A DNA stretch of 64,000 nucleotides from Candidatus Hydrogenedentota bacterium. Its GTDB lineage: Bacteria > Hydrogenedentota > Hydrogenedentia > Hydrogenedentales > SLHB01. A program made the position numbers and the translations under genes. Positions 9,037 through 18,428 of the stretch are shown here, piece after piece. Under the pieces are notes generated by a model. The model saw only the letters and a list, made by a program, of their open reading frames with translations, made no database searches and had not been told where the DNA came from. The stretch lies in contig CAXXTH010000017.1 of the NCBI GenBank assembly GCA_963668025.2, positions 1,088,001 to 1,152,000 on the forward strand, read 5' to 3'. Numbering within the stretch: position 1 is the first letter of the stretch; the number at the start of each line of letters is the position of its first letter.

Positions 9037-11091
9037 ATGGGGACTTACTTAATTCCATCAGGCGCGGCCAGCATATTGGCATTGCTGTTCGTTGTATACC
9101 TGATAAAGCACGTACTAGCCCAGCCGCAAGGCAACGAAACGATGGCCCATATTTCGCTGATGGTGCAGCGGGGCGCCCGGGCCTTCCTATACCGTGAATA
9201 TCGGTATGTATCGGTCACGGTGATTTTAATCGCCATCGCCATCGCCATTCTCGGCGCCATGCGCCCTGATCTGCCTCTTGGCTGGAAAACCTCGATTGCC
9301 TTCCTTGCGGGGGCTCTCGCCAGCACACTGGCGGGTTTCCTGGGCATGAATATCGCCACACGCGCCAACGCCCGCACCACGGCGGCGGCGGAGACCGGCG
9401 GCGTTAAGGGCGCGCTCGATGTGGCGATCAGCGGCGGCGCGGTCATGGGCATGGGCGTGGTCGGAATCGCGTTACTGGGCCTGGTGATTGTGTATTACAT
9501 TTTCGGTGGCGACTCCAACATCGTGAATGGATATGCCATGGGCGCTTCACTCGTAGCCTTGTTCGCACGCTCTGGCGGCGGCATCTACACCAAAGGCGCG
9601 GACATGGGCGCGGACCTGGTGGGTAAAGTCGAAGCCGGCATCCCGGAAGACGACCCCCGCAATCCCGCCGTGATCGCCGATAACGTGGGCGACAATGTGG
9701 GCGACGTGGCTGGTTTGGGCGCGGACCTACTGGAATCGTACGTTGAATCCATTATCGCTGCGCTGGCGATAGCAGCGATCATTTCCACTACGCCGGAAAT
9801 GACAGCGGGCCGTGATTATGCCACCGCATTCCCCTTCATAGTGGCTTCCATAGGCATTGTGGCTTCGATTTTGGGCGTGCTGTATGTCAAAATGTTTGCG
9901 AAGAGCAATCCCCAGGGCGCGCTCATGAATGGCACCTATATTAGCGCCATTCTGACCATCGCTGGCATAGCGGTCTATTCGGCCATGAAGGGCCAGCCTT
10001 TCGAGCTTCAGGGTGCTCAATACGGCGCATGGGGCCCCTTCTGGGCGTGCGTGCTGGGTATTATCTCGGGTTCTGTCGTGGGCTTCGTGAGTGAATTCTT
10101 CACATCGGGCAAATACAAACCTGTGCAGAAGCTTGCCGAGCGCTGCCAGACTGGCCCTGCTATCGCTGTGACGGAAGGCTCTGCCATCGGCATGGAAAGC
10201 ACGGCGCTGCCCGTGATTGTGTTAGCGATTTCAGTCATTCTCGCCTACCATTTCTGCGGCGTGTATGGTGTGGCCATCGCGGCGTTGGGCATGCTTGCCA
10301 CGACGGGCATGGTAGTGGCCGTGGACTCGTATGGTCCTATCGCGGATAACGCGGGCGGCATCGCGGAAATGGCGGGCTTGGATCCGAAAGTCCGCAAGAT
10401 TACGGATAATTTGGATGCCGTGGGTAATACCACTGCTGCCATCGGCAAAGGTTTCGCCATCGGCAGTGCGGCGTATGCGGCTATCGGACTGTTGAGCGCC
10501 TTCATGCTGGCGACGCACATTGATCCCCTGAAATTGACTTTGAGCAGTCCGTATATTCTTGCGGGCATGCTTATTGGCGGCATGATGCCGTTCCTGTTCT
10601 CTTCGATGTTGTTCCGCGCGGTAAGCAAATGTGCGGACACGATGATTCAGGAAGTGCGCCGCCAGTTCCGCGAAATCCCGGGGCTGAAAGAAGGCAAAGC
10701 GGGAGTTCATCCCGATAGCTCGACCTGTGTGGACATTGCCACCAAAGGCGCGATTAATGGCATGATGCTTCCTGGCATTATGGCGATAGTTTTCCCGGTC
10801 ATCATTGGCGTATGTATGGGTGCGGCGGGCCTCGCGGGCATGCTCGTGGGCGCTATCACCACCGGCGTCATGCTGGGCATCCAGACAGCCAACAGCGGCG
10901 GCGCGATGGATAATGCGAAGAAGTACATTGAAGAAGGCCACTTTGGCGGTAAAGGTTCGGAAGCCCATAAAGCGGCTGTCGTAGGCGACACCGTCGGCGA
11001 TCCGCTGAAAGACACCGTCGGCCCCTCGATCAACATCTTGATCAAGCTCATGTGCGTAATTTCGCTGGTGCTGGCTCCTTTGTTTCACTAG
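9037..11091 (+). CDS. hppA: Membrane ion-translocating pyrophosphatase, K+-dependent type
   Basis: GGGIYTKGADMGADLVGKVE, EDDPRNPAVIADNVGDNVGD, GNTTAA, GDTVGDPLKDT. Confidence 0.95.
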   Translation: MGTYLIPSGAASILALLFVVYLIKHVLAQPQGNETMAHISLMVQRGARAFLYREYRYVSVTVILIAIAIAILGAMRPDLPLGWKTSIAFLAGALASTLAGFLGMNIATRANARTTAAAETGGVKGALDVAISGGAVMGMGVVGIALLGLVIVYYIFGGDSNIVNGYAMGASLVALFARSGGGIYTKGADMGADLVGKVEAGIPEDDPRNPAVIADNVGDNVGDVAGLGADLLESYVESIIAALAIAAIISTTPEMTAGRDYATAFPFIVASIGIVASILGVLYVKMFAKSNPQGALMNGTYISAILTIAGIAVYSAMKGQPFELQGAQYGAWGPFWACVLGIISGSVVGFVSEFFTSGKYKPVQKLAERCQTGPAIAVTEGSAIGMESTALPVIVLAISVILAYHFCGVYGVAIAALGMLATTGMVVAVDSYGPIADNAGGIAEMAGLDPKVRKITDNLDAVGNTTAAIGKGFAIGSAAYAAIGLLSAFMLATHIDPLKLTLSSPYILAGMLIGGMMPFLFSSMLFRAVSKCADTMIQEVRRQFREIPGLKEGKAGVHPDSSTCVDIATKGAINGMMLPGIMAIVFPVIIGVCMGAAGLAGMLVGAITTGVMLGIQTANSGGAMDNAKKYIEEGHFGGKGSEAHKAAVVGDTVGDPLKDTVGPSINILIKLMCVISLVLAPLFH

Positions 11092-11115
11092 TCATACCGC
11101 ATAAGTACATGCTTG

Positions 11116-11150
11116 AGGCCCGTTTCCGGATGGAGGCGGGCCTTTTTCTT
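11116..11150 (+). terminator. Rho-independent terminator after hppA
   Basis: AGGCCCGTTTCC-GGAT-GGAGGCGGGCCT followed by TTTTCTT. Confidence 0.8.
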
Positions 11151-11252
11151 GTTAAAAAGGATATCAGGGGATATAGTTGGGGTGGGACGTTGATTGCCAT
11201 CACGTGATCTTCTAGAAGCTCTAGGGAAAGTTGATTATGGGAGGATGGGGAT

Positions 11253-13031
11253 ATGAGCAGGAGCAATTCAGGACACAAAACGCTGATGCATATGGTTTTC
11301 TTGGCAGGCCTTTCCGTTGTATGGCCTTTATTGGCGGTGGCGGAAGATGAGCTCGCATGGGTGCGGACCGCACCCGGGGGAACATCACAAGTGCAGGATA
11401 TCGCCACGGACACGGATGGAAATGTCTATACGGCGGGCCGGTTTGTTGGAACCGTCGACCTTGATAATGGGCCAGGCGAGTATGTGTTGGTTTCAGGGGA
11501 GCTAGACGATGGCCTTATTGTAAAATATGATTCCACTGGCCACCTGCTCTGGGCGGCGAAGTTGACGGGCCCCGAGCAGATCATTTGTTACGGAATTGAT
11601 GTGGATAGTCTTGGAAACGTCTATGCGACCGGTTCATTTTGGAATTCAATCGATTTAGATCCAGGCGCAGGCGTCGATTCGCATACATCGCATGGGGGAA
11701 CAGACCTATTCATTGTCAAGCTATCCTCTTCAGGCAATTTGGTCTGGGGATATACGATGGGCGGCGCGTCTGGTGATGAAGGACGGGATGTATCCGTCTA
11801 TGGCCGTGGCCTTTCCGAGAACCTCACGTTTGCGGGCTCGTTTGGGGGAAGTGTGGATTTTGATCCCAGCAAAACAGAGCATACTCTAGTCAGCGCGGGA
11901 AGCAGCGACATTTTTACATGCCGATGGTCTTTGGATGCGGCTTGGGCCTGGTCGTATCGGGGGGGAGCGGCGCTGGCGGACACGGCCATGGACATCGCCG
12001 TGGATGCCTCGGGGGTGTATGTGGCGGGCGCGTTTTCAAGTAGTGTAAGTTTTGGCGGAAGCACGCATACCTCGTTAGGCGGTACGGATGCATTTTTGCT
12101 GGGCCTCAATTCCTCTGGCGTGTATGTATGGGATTATGCCATTGGAGGGAGCGGCCAAGATGAAATAAGCGCCATTTCGCTAAGCACGGATTCGGTATTT
12201 GTGGCGGGCAATTTCCGAGAACAAATGGACCTCAATCCAACCAAGGCAGCCTATGTCATCACCTCACAGGGCGAGGCGGATGCGTTTGTAGCCAAACTCG
12301 ACAAGAGTGGCGGTTTCGCATGGGGGCGCGGTTTTGGCGGAACGGAGAGCGACGCCGCAACCTCCGTCTTGGCAGGCGAGGATGGCGGCGTGTCGTGGGC
12401 AGGATATTATCAAAATGAAATGGATGCGGACCCCAGTGGCGCAGTATATGAACTCACTTCAGCGGGAGAAACCGATATTGTCTTTTCCCGCCTGGATGTG
12501 AGCGGTGGTTTGCTATCCGCGTCCTCGATTGGCAATACGTCATGGGATAGCGCACAAGCACTAGGTGGAAATACCGCAGGCGAGCATTTTGTTGGTGGTT
12601 CATTTTATGGCTCCGTGGATTTTAATCCTGGGCCTGTCTCGAACATCGTGGAATCCGGCCCAAGCAGTTCCTCGTTTCTCATGAAGCTCTTCGGCCCCGA
12701 TCCGGATGGGGACGGTTTGCCGAGTGAATGGGAAGGTGATTGGGATGCGGACGGTGATGGTCTAATGAACTGTATCGACAAGGATAGCGACGGGGACGGC
12801 ATACTGGATGTCGATGATTTGTCAGATAATGGTGATGATGTGGATGGCGACGGGGTCTATAATCCGTATGACACGGATAGTGATGGAGATGGCATTCCTG
12901 ATGGCGCGGAGATGAAGCAAGGCTCGGATCCGTATGATTTCGCGAGTTCCGAACCTATGCCGTTAGGTTCATGGGTGATGGGTGGGATTTTGGCGTTAAT
13001 CGCGATACGCAAGGCGAGAAAATATTCGTGA
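11253..13031 (+). CDS. Secreted beta-propeller (SBBP-like repeat) protein with Ca-binding DxDGDG repeats and a C-terminal anchor
   Basis: Signal peptide; repeated DxxGNVYxxGxF...D(I/A)F(I/V)xKL units; thrombospondin type 3-like DSDGDGIPD repeats; C-terminal TM plus basic tail. Confidence 0.8.
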   Translation: MSRSNSGHKTLMHMVFLAGLSVVWPLLAVAEDELAWVRTAPGGTSQVQDIATDTDGNVYTAGRFVGTVDLDNGPGEYVLVSGELDDGLIVKYDSTGHLLWAAKLTGPEQIICYGIDVDSLGNVYATGSFWNSIDLDPGAGVDSHTSHGGTDLFIVKLSSSGNLVWGYTMGGASGDEGRDVSVYGRGLSENLTFAGSFGGSVDFDPSKTEHTLVSAGSSDIFTCRWSLDAAWAWSYRGGAALADTAMDIAVDASGVYVAGAFSSSVSFGGSTHTSLGGTDAFLLGLNSSGVYVWDYAIGGSGQDEISAISLSTDSVFVAGNFREQMDLNPTKAAYVITSQGEADAFVAKLDKSGGFAWGRGFGGTESDAATSVLAGEDGGVSWAGYYQNEMDADPSGAVYELTSAGETDIVFSRLDVSGGLLSASSIGNTSWDSAQALGGNTAGEHFVGGSFYGSVDFNPGPVSNIVESGPSSSSFLMKLFGPDPDGDGLPSEWEGDWDADGDGLMNCIDKDSDGDGILDVDDLSDNGDDVDGDGVYNPYDTDSDGDGIPDGAEMKQGSDPYDFASSEPMPLGSWVMGGILALIAIRKARKYS

Positions 13032-14086
13032 GGAAGCAGATTAAGGTAGCGATTATTGGCCTGGGCAAAATGGGCCGTATCCGCGCCACTGAACTCGAGC
13101 ATCAACGGGATGCCGTTTTATGGTGCGGATGCGACCCGGACTCGATGCGGTATTCGGATTTTCCAGGGCTTCGTTGTTTTCCAGACTGGCGCGAGGCGCT
13201 GGCCGAGGATATCGATGCGGTTTTCGTAGCGACGCCCAACCGGGTTGCGCCAAAGGCGGTATGCGAGGCGCTCGATGCGGGCAAGCATGTTTTCTGTGAG
13301 AAGCCGCCGGGATGCGCTGTTTCGGATATCGAGGCCATTCGCGAAGCGGAACGGCGGAATCCGGGCCTTGCGCTCCAGTTTGGATTTAACCATCGGTATC
13401 ATGGTTCGGTTCAAGATGCGTATCGTATCGTATCGAGTGGCGTGCTGGGGCGCATTCTTTGGATGCGGGGCGTATATGGCAAAGCGGGCGGCGCAGGCTT
13501 TGAGCATTCCTGGCGGAACGATAAGGCCCAGGCGGGCGCGGGCATACTGCTCGACCAGGGCATCCACATGCTCGATCTGTTCCGGTTCTTCGGCGGGGAA
13601 TTCACGGAAGTGAAAAGCATGGCTGGTACGTTGTGCTGGCCGGTTGAGGTCGAGGACAACGTTTTTGCCCTGTTGCGCGGTGCAAGTGGATGCATGGCTA
13701 TGCTGCATTCTTCGAGTGTGATGTGGCGGCATCGTTTCCAGCTCGAGATCATGGGCATGGAGGGATATGTGCGCCTGGATGGGATTCTGTCGGCCTCGGG
13801 GGCATATGCCCCCGAGGCCTTGGTGCTGGGGCGGCGTACGGCGGATGGGACGGATCGGACAGATCGGTCGGATCGGTCGGATGAGACTATCACCACCTAT
13901 GACGCGGATTGTTCCTGGCGGCTTGAAATAGAGGATTTTCTGGGCCATGTGCGGAATGGCGCGCCGGTGGTTTCGGGTTCTTCGGAGGATGCGCTTCAAG
14001 CAATGCGGCTGGTTCAGGCCATCTACGAAAATGATCGTGTGTTCATGAATGGCCAGAGCCGTCCTATGGAGGGTGGCGTCCTATGA
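13028..14086 (+). CDS. Gfo/Idh/MocA family oxidoreductase
   Basis: IIGLGKMG, GKHVFCEKP, GAGILLDQGIHMLD. Confidence 0.9.
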   Translation: MRKQIKVAIIGLGKMGRIRATELEHQRDAVLWCGCDPDSMRYSDFPGLRCFPDWREALAEDIDAVFVATPNRVAPKAVCEALDAGKHVFCEKPPGCAVSDIEAIREAERRNPGLALQFGFNHRYHGSVQDAYRIVSSGVLGRILWMRGVYGKAGGAGFEHSWRNDKAQAGAGILLDQGIHMLDLFRFFGGEFTEVKSMAGTLCWPVEVEDNVFALLRGASGCMAMLHSSSVMWRHRFQLEIMGMEGYVRLDGILSASGAYAPEALVLGRRTADGTDRTDRSDRSDETITTYDADCSWRLEIEDFLGHVRNGAPVVSGSSEDALQAMRLVQAIYENDRVFMNGQSRPMEGGVL

Positions 14087-15003
14087 GTATATGTGTGGCC
14101 ATTGGGCCATCTTCGTTTGGGGAAGCCGATGATGCGCCGTTGCGCATGCTGCATGAACGCGGTGTTGAAGTGAAGCCGAATCCGTTTGGGCGGCGTATGA
14201 CGGAAGCGGAGGCCATTGCGCATGTGGCGGGGGTGGATGGCCTTCTTGCCGGGCTCGAGCCGCTTACGCGGGCGGTGTTTGCCGTATCGCCTCAGCTTCG
14301 CGTAGTGTCGCGGGTGGGGATTGGCGTCACGAATGTGGATTTTGCGGCAGCTAGGGAATTTGGAGTCCAGGTGTCGAATACGCCGGAGCCGCCTGCGCAC
14401 GCCGTGGCCGAAATGACCCTTGCGGCGTTGCTGGCGTTGTGCCGGGGCCTATTGCCTGCGAATGCGGCGCTCCATGCTGGGCGTTGGGAAAAGCGTATTG
14501 GAACGGGCTTGGCTGGGTCGAAGGTGCTGTTGATCGGTTGCGGGCGGATTGGCAAGCGGGTGGCTGGGTTGTTGCAAGCATTCGGCGCTATTGTTTGGGC
14601 GTATGATCCCCAGGTCGAGTCGAATGAATTGCCAGCGGGCGTTGCTAAAGCAACTTCTTTGACGGATGGCCTGGTGTGGGCCGATGTCATTTCGCTGCAC
14701 GCCAGTGGAACCGGCTGCATTCTGGATGCGCCCGCGTTTGACGCCATGCGCGAAGGGGTGCTGCTGCTTAACTCCGCCCGGGGCGAGCTGGTGGATGAGG
14801 ACGCGCTGGCTGCCGCGCTTGAATCGGGGAAAGCAGGCGGGGCATGGTTTGACGCATTCGCGCAAGAGCCGTATACAGGCCCATTGGCCCGGTTCGAGCA
14901 CATGCTGCTGACGCCCCATATCGCCACCTACACCCGGCAATGCCGGCTGGCCATGGAAGTGGAAGCCGTGGAAAACTTGTTGCGCGATTTGGGCGCAGTC
15001 TGA
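14083..15003 (+). CDS. D-2-hydroxyacid dehydrogenase (phosphoglycerate dehydrogenase-like, no ACT domain)
   Basis: AVAEMT, IGCGRIG, LLNSARGELVDE, EP...LTPHIA. Confidence 0.88.
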   Translation: MSICVAIGPSSFGEADDAPLRMLHERGVEVKPNPFGRRMTEAEAIAHVAGVDGLLAGLEPLTRAVFAVSPQLRVVSRVGIGVTNVDFAAAREFGVQVSNTPEPPAHAVAEMTLAALLALCRGLLPANAALHAGRWEKRIGTGLAGSKVLLIGCGRIGKRVAGLLQAFGAIVWAYDPQVESNELPAGVAKATSLTDGLVWADVISLHASGTGCILDAPAFDAMREGVLLLNSARGELVDEDALAAALESGKAGGAWFDAFAQEPYTGPLARFEHMLLTPHIATYTRQCRLAMEVEAVENLLRDLGAV

Positions 15004-15019
15004 GTATTTTCTTCAAAAA

Positions 15020-15060
15020 CAAAACCGCCGCAGGGCCTCTTGGCTCCTGCGGCGGTTTCT
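15020..15060. terminator. Bidirectional terminator between convergent genes
   Basis: AAACCGCCGCAGG...CCTGCGGCGGTTT stem with A/T flanks. Confidence 0.75.
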
Positions 15061-15085
15061 GTGTTAGCTTGGTTTTTCTTATTGG

Positions 15086-15751
15086 TTATTGGCCTAGTGT
15101 AACTTCAAAGACCACCCGGCGATTCAACGAACGGTTGGCTTTCGAGGTGTTCGGGACCGCAGGCTGCGATTCGCCGAAGCTCTTCGTCGAGATGCGGGCT
15201 TCAGGAACGCCGCTCTCGAGCAAGTACTTCTTAACCGAATCCGCGCGGCGCTGGCCGAGGCCCATATTGTAGGCGTCGGTGCCGATGTCGCACGTATGGC
15301 CTTGAAGAAGGACGGTGCTCTTCGGATCGGTATTCTTCATGAAGTCGACGACCTTATCGGTCTCGGCTTTGCCTTCGGGCTTCAGAACGGACTTGTCGAA
15401 GTCAAACAACACATTATTCAGTACAGGCTTCTGAATGACCTGCGCCGGGGGAGGCGTTACTGCGGGCGTGGGAGGCACGACAGCGGGTTTTTCCGCAGCC
15501 GGCTGCCAAATGTGATACACCACGCCGCGGTTGCCCCATGCTTCGGAATCATCCGCATTCGAGGCTGGTTCGGTCGGCCACCACCAATAGCCAGAACGCA
15601 CCGCATCCTTTACTGGATCCGGTTGCGCGCCACTGGTCGCCCACCATGAATAGTCATCCCACACTTTTGGTTCGTACGCTAATGCTGTCCCGCATGCCAG
15701 GAGGAGAGTCAGCACCAGCGTGCAAGCAAGCACGTGTTTCATCTTGGTCAT
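15086..15751 (-). CDS. OmpA-family peptidoglycan-binding protein
   Basis: Signal peptide, Pro-rich linker, VLFDFDKS...GHTC...YNMGLGQRRA...NRRV. Confidence 0.9.
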   Translation of the reverse strand: MTKMKHVLACTLVLTLLLACGTALAYEPKVWDDYSWWATSGAQPDPVKDAVRSGYWWWPTEPASNADDSEAWGNRGVVYHIWQPAAEKPAVVPPTPAVTPPPAQVIQKPVLNNVLFDFDKSVLKPEGKAETDKVVDFMKNTDPKSTVLLQGHTCDIGTDAYNMGLGQRRADSVKKYLLESGVPEARISTKSFGESQPAVPNTSKANRSLNRRVVFEVTLGQ

Positions 15752-16066
15752 CTCCTTTTTCCGCTTGTTCCGCTTGATAAAGCTAACACCAATTGTTATT
15801 TAACCATAATCTACGGGGGCTGTCAAGTGATATGAATGCGTTATCGCACTATTCCAGTTTTTTTAATGCTGATTTTTTTGAAAAAGAACTTGTTTTGAAT
15901 GTGTATAGTGGGAACAGGGCGGCTCCATACACTGGGCATATGGATACGGTTTAAAGGAAAATTGCGTTGCGCAAGCCTGGCGGCCATGGTACAATCTTGC
16001 CTCAAACTGGGTAAAGTATGAGATTTGTCGCGGAGCCATGGCTTCCCCCATAGCGAAGGAGCTTAT

Positions 16067-17374
16067 ATGAAAATCGCCATTATTGGAACAGGATATGTGG
16101 GCCTTGTTGTGGGCACGGGGCTGGCCGAAAACGGCCATTCGGTCACCTGCATCGACCGGGATCCCGAGCGGATTGACATGCTTCGGAATGGGAAGATACC
16201 CATTTACGAGCCGGGCCTTGAAGAGCTTCTCATGCGCAATATCGAGGAAGAGCGCATGTCCTTCACCACGGATACGGCGGAAGGCGTGGCGGATAAGCTG
16301 TTGATCTTTTTCTGCGTGGACACGCCGACGGGAGAGGATGGCGTGCCGGACCGCTCGAATGTGGTGGCGGCCGCGGAGGCCGTGGGCCGCGCGCTCACGA
16401 AATACGCCATCATGGTGGTCAAGAGCACATGCCCCGTGGGCACGGCGGAGAAGATTCGGGAGACGATTTCGGGGCTGACCTCGATTCCGTTTGATGTGGT
16501 GTCGAATCCGGAGTTCTTGAAAGAGGGCGCGGCGGTAGACGATTTCATGCGTCCGGACCGGGTGGTGATTGGCAGCGACGATGTGCGCGTGCTCGAGATC
16601 ATGCGGGAGCTGTACAGCCCCTTCCTGCGCACGGGCAAGCCGTTGATAGCCATGGGGATCCGCAGTGCGGAAATGGCCAAGTACGCCATGAACACCATGC
16701 TTGCGGCGCGCATTTCGCTGATGAATGAGCTGGCGAGCATCGCTGAAGCGCAAGGGGCCGACATCACGCAAGTCCGCGAAGCAGTGATGGCGGATTCGCG
16801 CGTAGGCTCCTCGTATCTATTCCCGGGACTGGGTTTTGGCGGCTCCTGCCTTCCCAAAGACACGAAGGCCGCATTATGGATGGGCAAGTCGAAAGGCGTT
16901 GCAACGCCGATGCTCGAGGGGGTCATCGAGACCAATGACCGGCAGCAATCGAATTTCGTACAGAAGATGCTAGATCATTACGGCGAGCGCATCAAGGGCG
17001 CCCGCATCGTGCTATGGGGTGTGAGCTTCAAGCCGCGCACGGATGATATCCGTTTTGCGCCAGCGCTGCGCGTGATGGATGGCCTTTTGGAAGCAGGCGC
17101 GGAGGTGACGGTATTTGATCCCGTGGCGGGGCCGAAGGTCGCGGAACAATATGGCGAGCGCGTGACGGTCGCGAAGAAGATGTATTCTTCCATTGAAGGT
17201 GCGGACGGGCTTGCGATCATCACGGAATGGCGTGAATTCCATTTCCCTGATTTCGAGCGGATGGGCACGCTGATGAAGGAAAAAGTCATATTCGACGGGC
17301 GCAATCTGTATTCGCTGCAAACCATGCGCGAGCAGGGATTCCGTTATATCAGCATCGGCCGCCCGAGTGTGTAA
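16067..17374 (+). CDS. ugd: UDP-glucose 6-dehydrogenase
   Basis: IGTGYVG, SNPEFLKEG, GFGGSCLPKD, FKPRTDDIR, IFDGRN. Confidence 0.94.
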   Translation: MKIAIIGTGYVGLVVGTGLAENGHSVTCIDRDPERIDMLRNGKIPIYEPGLEELLMRNIEEERMSFTTDTAEGVADKLLIFFCVDTPTGEDGVPDRSNVVAAAEAVGRALTKYAIMVVKSTCPVGTAEKIRETISGLTSIPFDVVSNPEFLKEGAAVDDFMRPDRVVIGSDDVRVLEIMRELYSPFLRTGKPLIAMGIRSAEMAKYAMNTMLAARISLMNELASIAEAQGADITQVREAVMADSRVGSSYLFPGLGFGGSCLPKDTKAALWMGKSKGVATPMLEGVIETNDRQQSNFVQKMLDHYGERIKGARIVLWGVSFKPRTDDIRFAPALRVMDGLLEAGAEVTVFDPVAGPKVAEQYGERVTVAKKMYSSIEGADGLAIITEWREFHFPDFERMGTLMKEKVIFDGRNLYSLQTMREQGFRYISIGRPSV

Positions 17375-17439
17375 GCAGTGGGGGTAAGGCTTCGCACTGA
17401 AGCGAAGGGCTTGGTTTACCCAAAGGAGGGAGTCGTTTT

Positions 17440-18378
17440 TTGGCTATCACGAATCTGGTAACCGGTGGAGCGGGCTTCATCGGCTCGCATTTGTGTGAAC
17501 GGCTTCTCGAACGGGGCGAAGACGTAGTCTGCTTGGACAACTTTTTCACGGGTGATAAAAACAACATCACCCATTTGTTTGCGAATCCTCGATTCGAGCT
17601 GATCCGGCATGATGTGACGCAGCCGATTCTGATTGAAGTGGACCGCATCTATAATTTGGCGTGTCCTGCTTCGCCCGTGCATTACCAATATAACGCCATA
17701 AAAACGATCAAGACCAACGTGATGGGCGCGTTGAACATGCTGGGCCTTGCCCGGCGCGTGAAGGCGCGGATTTTGCAGGCGTCGACCTCGGAAGTGTATG
17801 GCGATCCGGCGGTGCATCCGCAGGTCGAGACCTACTGGGGCAATGTCAATCCCATAGGCATCCGTAGTTGCTACGATGAAGGCAAGCGCGTCGCGGAGAC
17901 GCTGTTTTTTGATTACCACCGGCAAAACGGCGTGGATATCCGCGTGGTGCGCATATTCAACACGTATGGCCCCCGCATGTCGATTGCCGATGGGCGCGTC
18001 GTGAGCAATTTCATCGTGCAGGCGCTGCGCCATGATCCCATCACGATATATGGCGAGGGACAGCAGACGCGCTCGTTCTGCTATGTGAGCGACCTCGTTG
18101 ATGGGATGATCCGTATGATGGACTGCGAGGGCTTCACGGGCCCAGTGAATTTAGGCAACCCCGGCGAGTTCACGATTCGTGAACTCGCCGAGGCTGTCAT
18201 GGAATTGACTGGCAGCGATTCCCGGCTGGATTACCAGCCGCTGCCTTCCGATGATCCGACCCGCCGCAAGCCCGATATCAGCCTGGCCCGCCAGAAACTG
18301 GGGTGGGAGCCCGCCGTGCCCTTGCGCCAAGGGCTGAAATGGACCGTTGACTATTTTAAGGCGATTTTAGGGGCTTAA
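17440..18378 (+). CDS. UDP-glucuronate decarboxylase (UDP-xylose synthase family)
   Basis: [39 protein letters not shown]. Confidence 0.93.
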   Translation: MAITNLVTGGAGFIGSHLCERLLERGEDVVCLDNFFTGDKNNITHLFANPRFELIRHDVTQPILIEVDRIYNLACPASPVHYQYNAIKTIKTNVMGALNMLGLARRVKARILQASTSEVYGDPAVHPQVETYWGNVNPIGIRSCYDEGKRVAETLFFDYHRQNGVDIRVVRIFNTYGPRMSIADGRVVSNFIVQALRHDPITIYGEGQQTRSFCYVSDLVDGMIRMMDCEGFTGPVNLGNPGEFTIRELAEAVMELTGSDSRLDYQPLPSDDPTRRKPDISLARQKLGWEPAVPLRQGLKWTVDYFKAILGA

Positions 18379-18428
18379 TGGCGGCATACGGATGCGGCCA
18401 ATCGAGGGCGTTCATTCAAAATCACATA

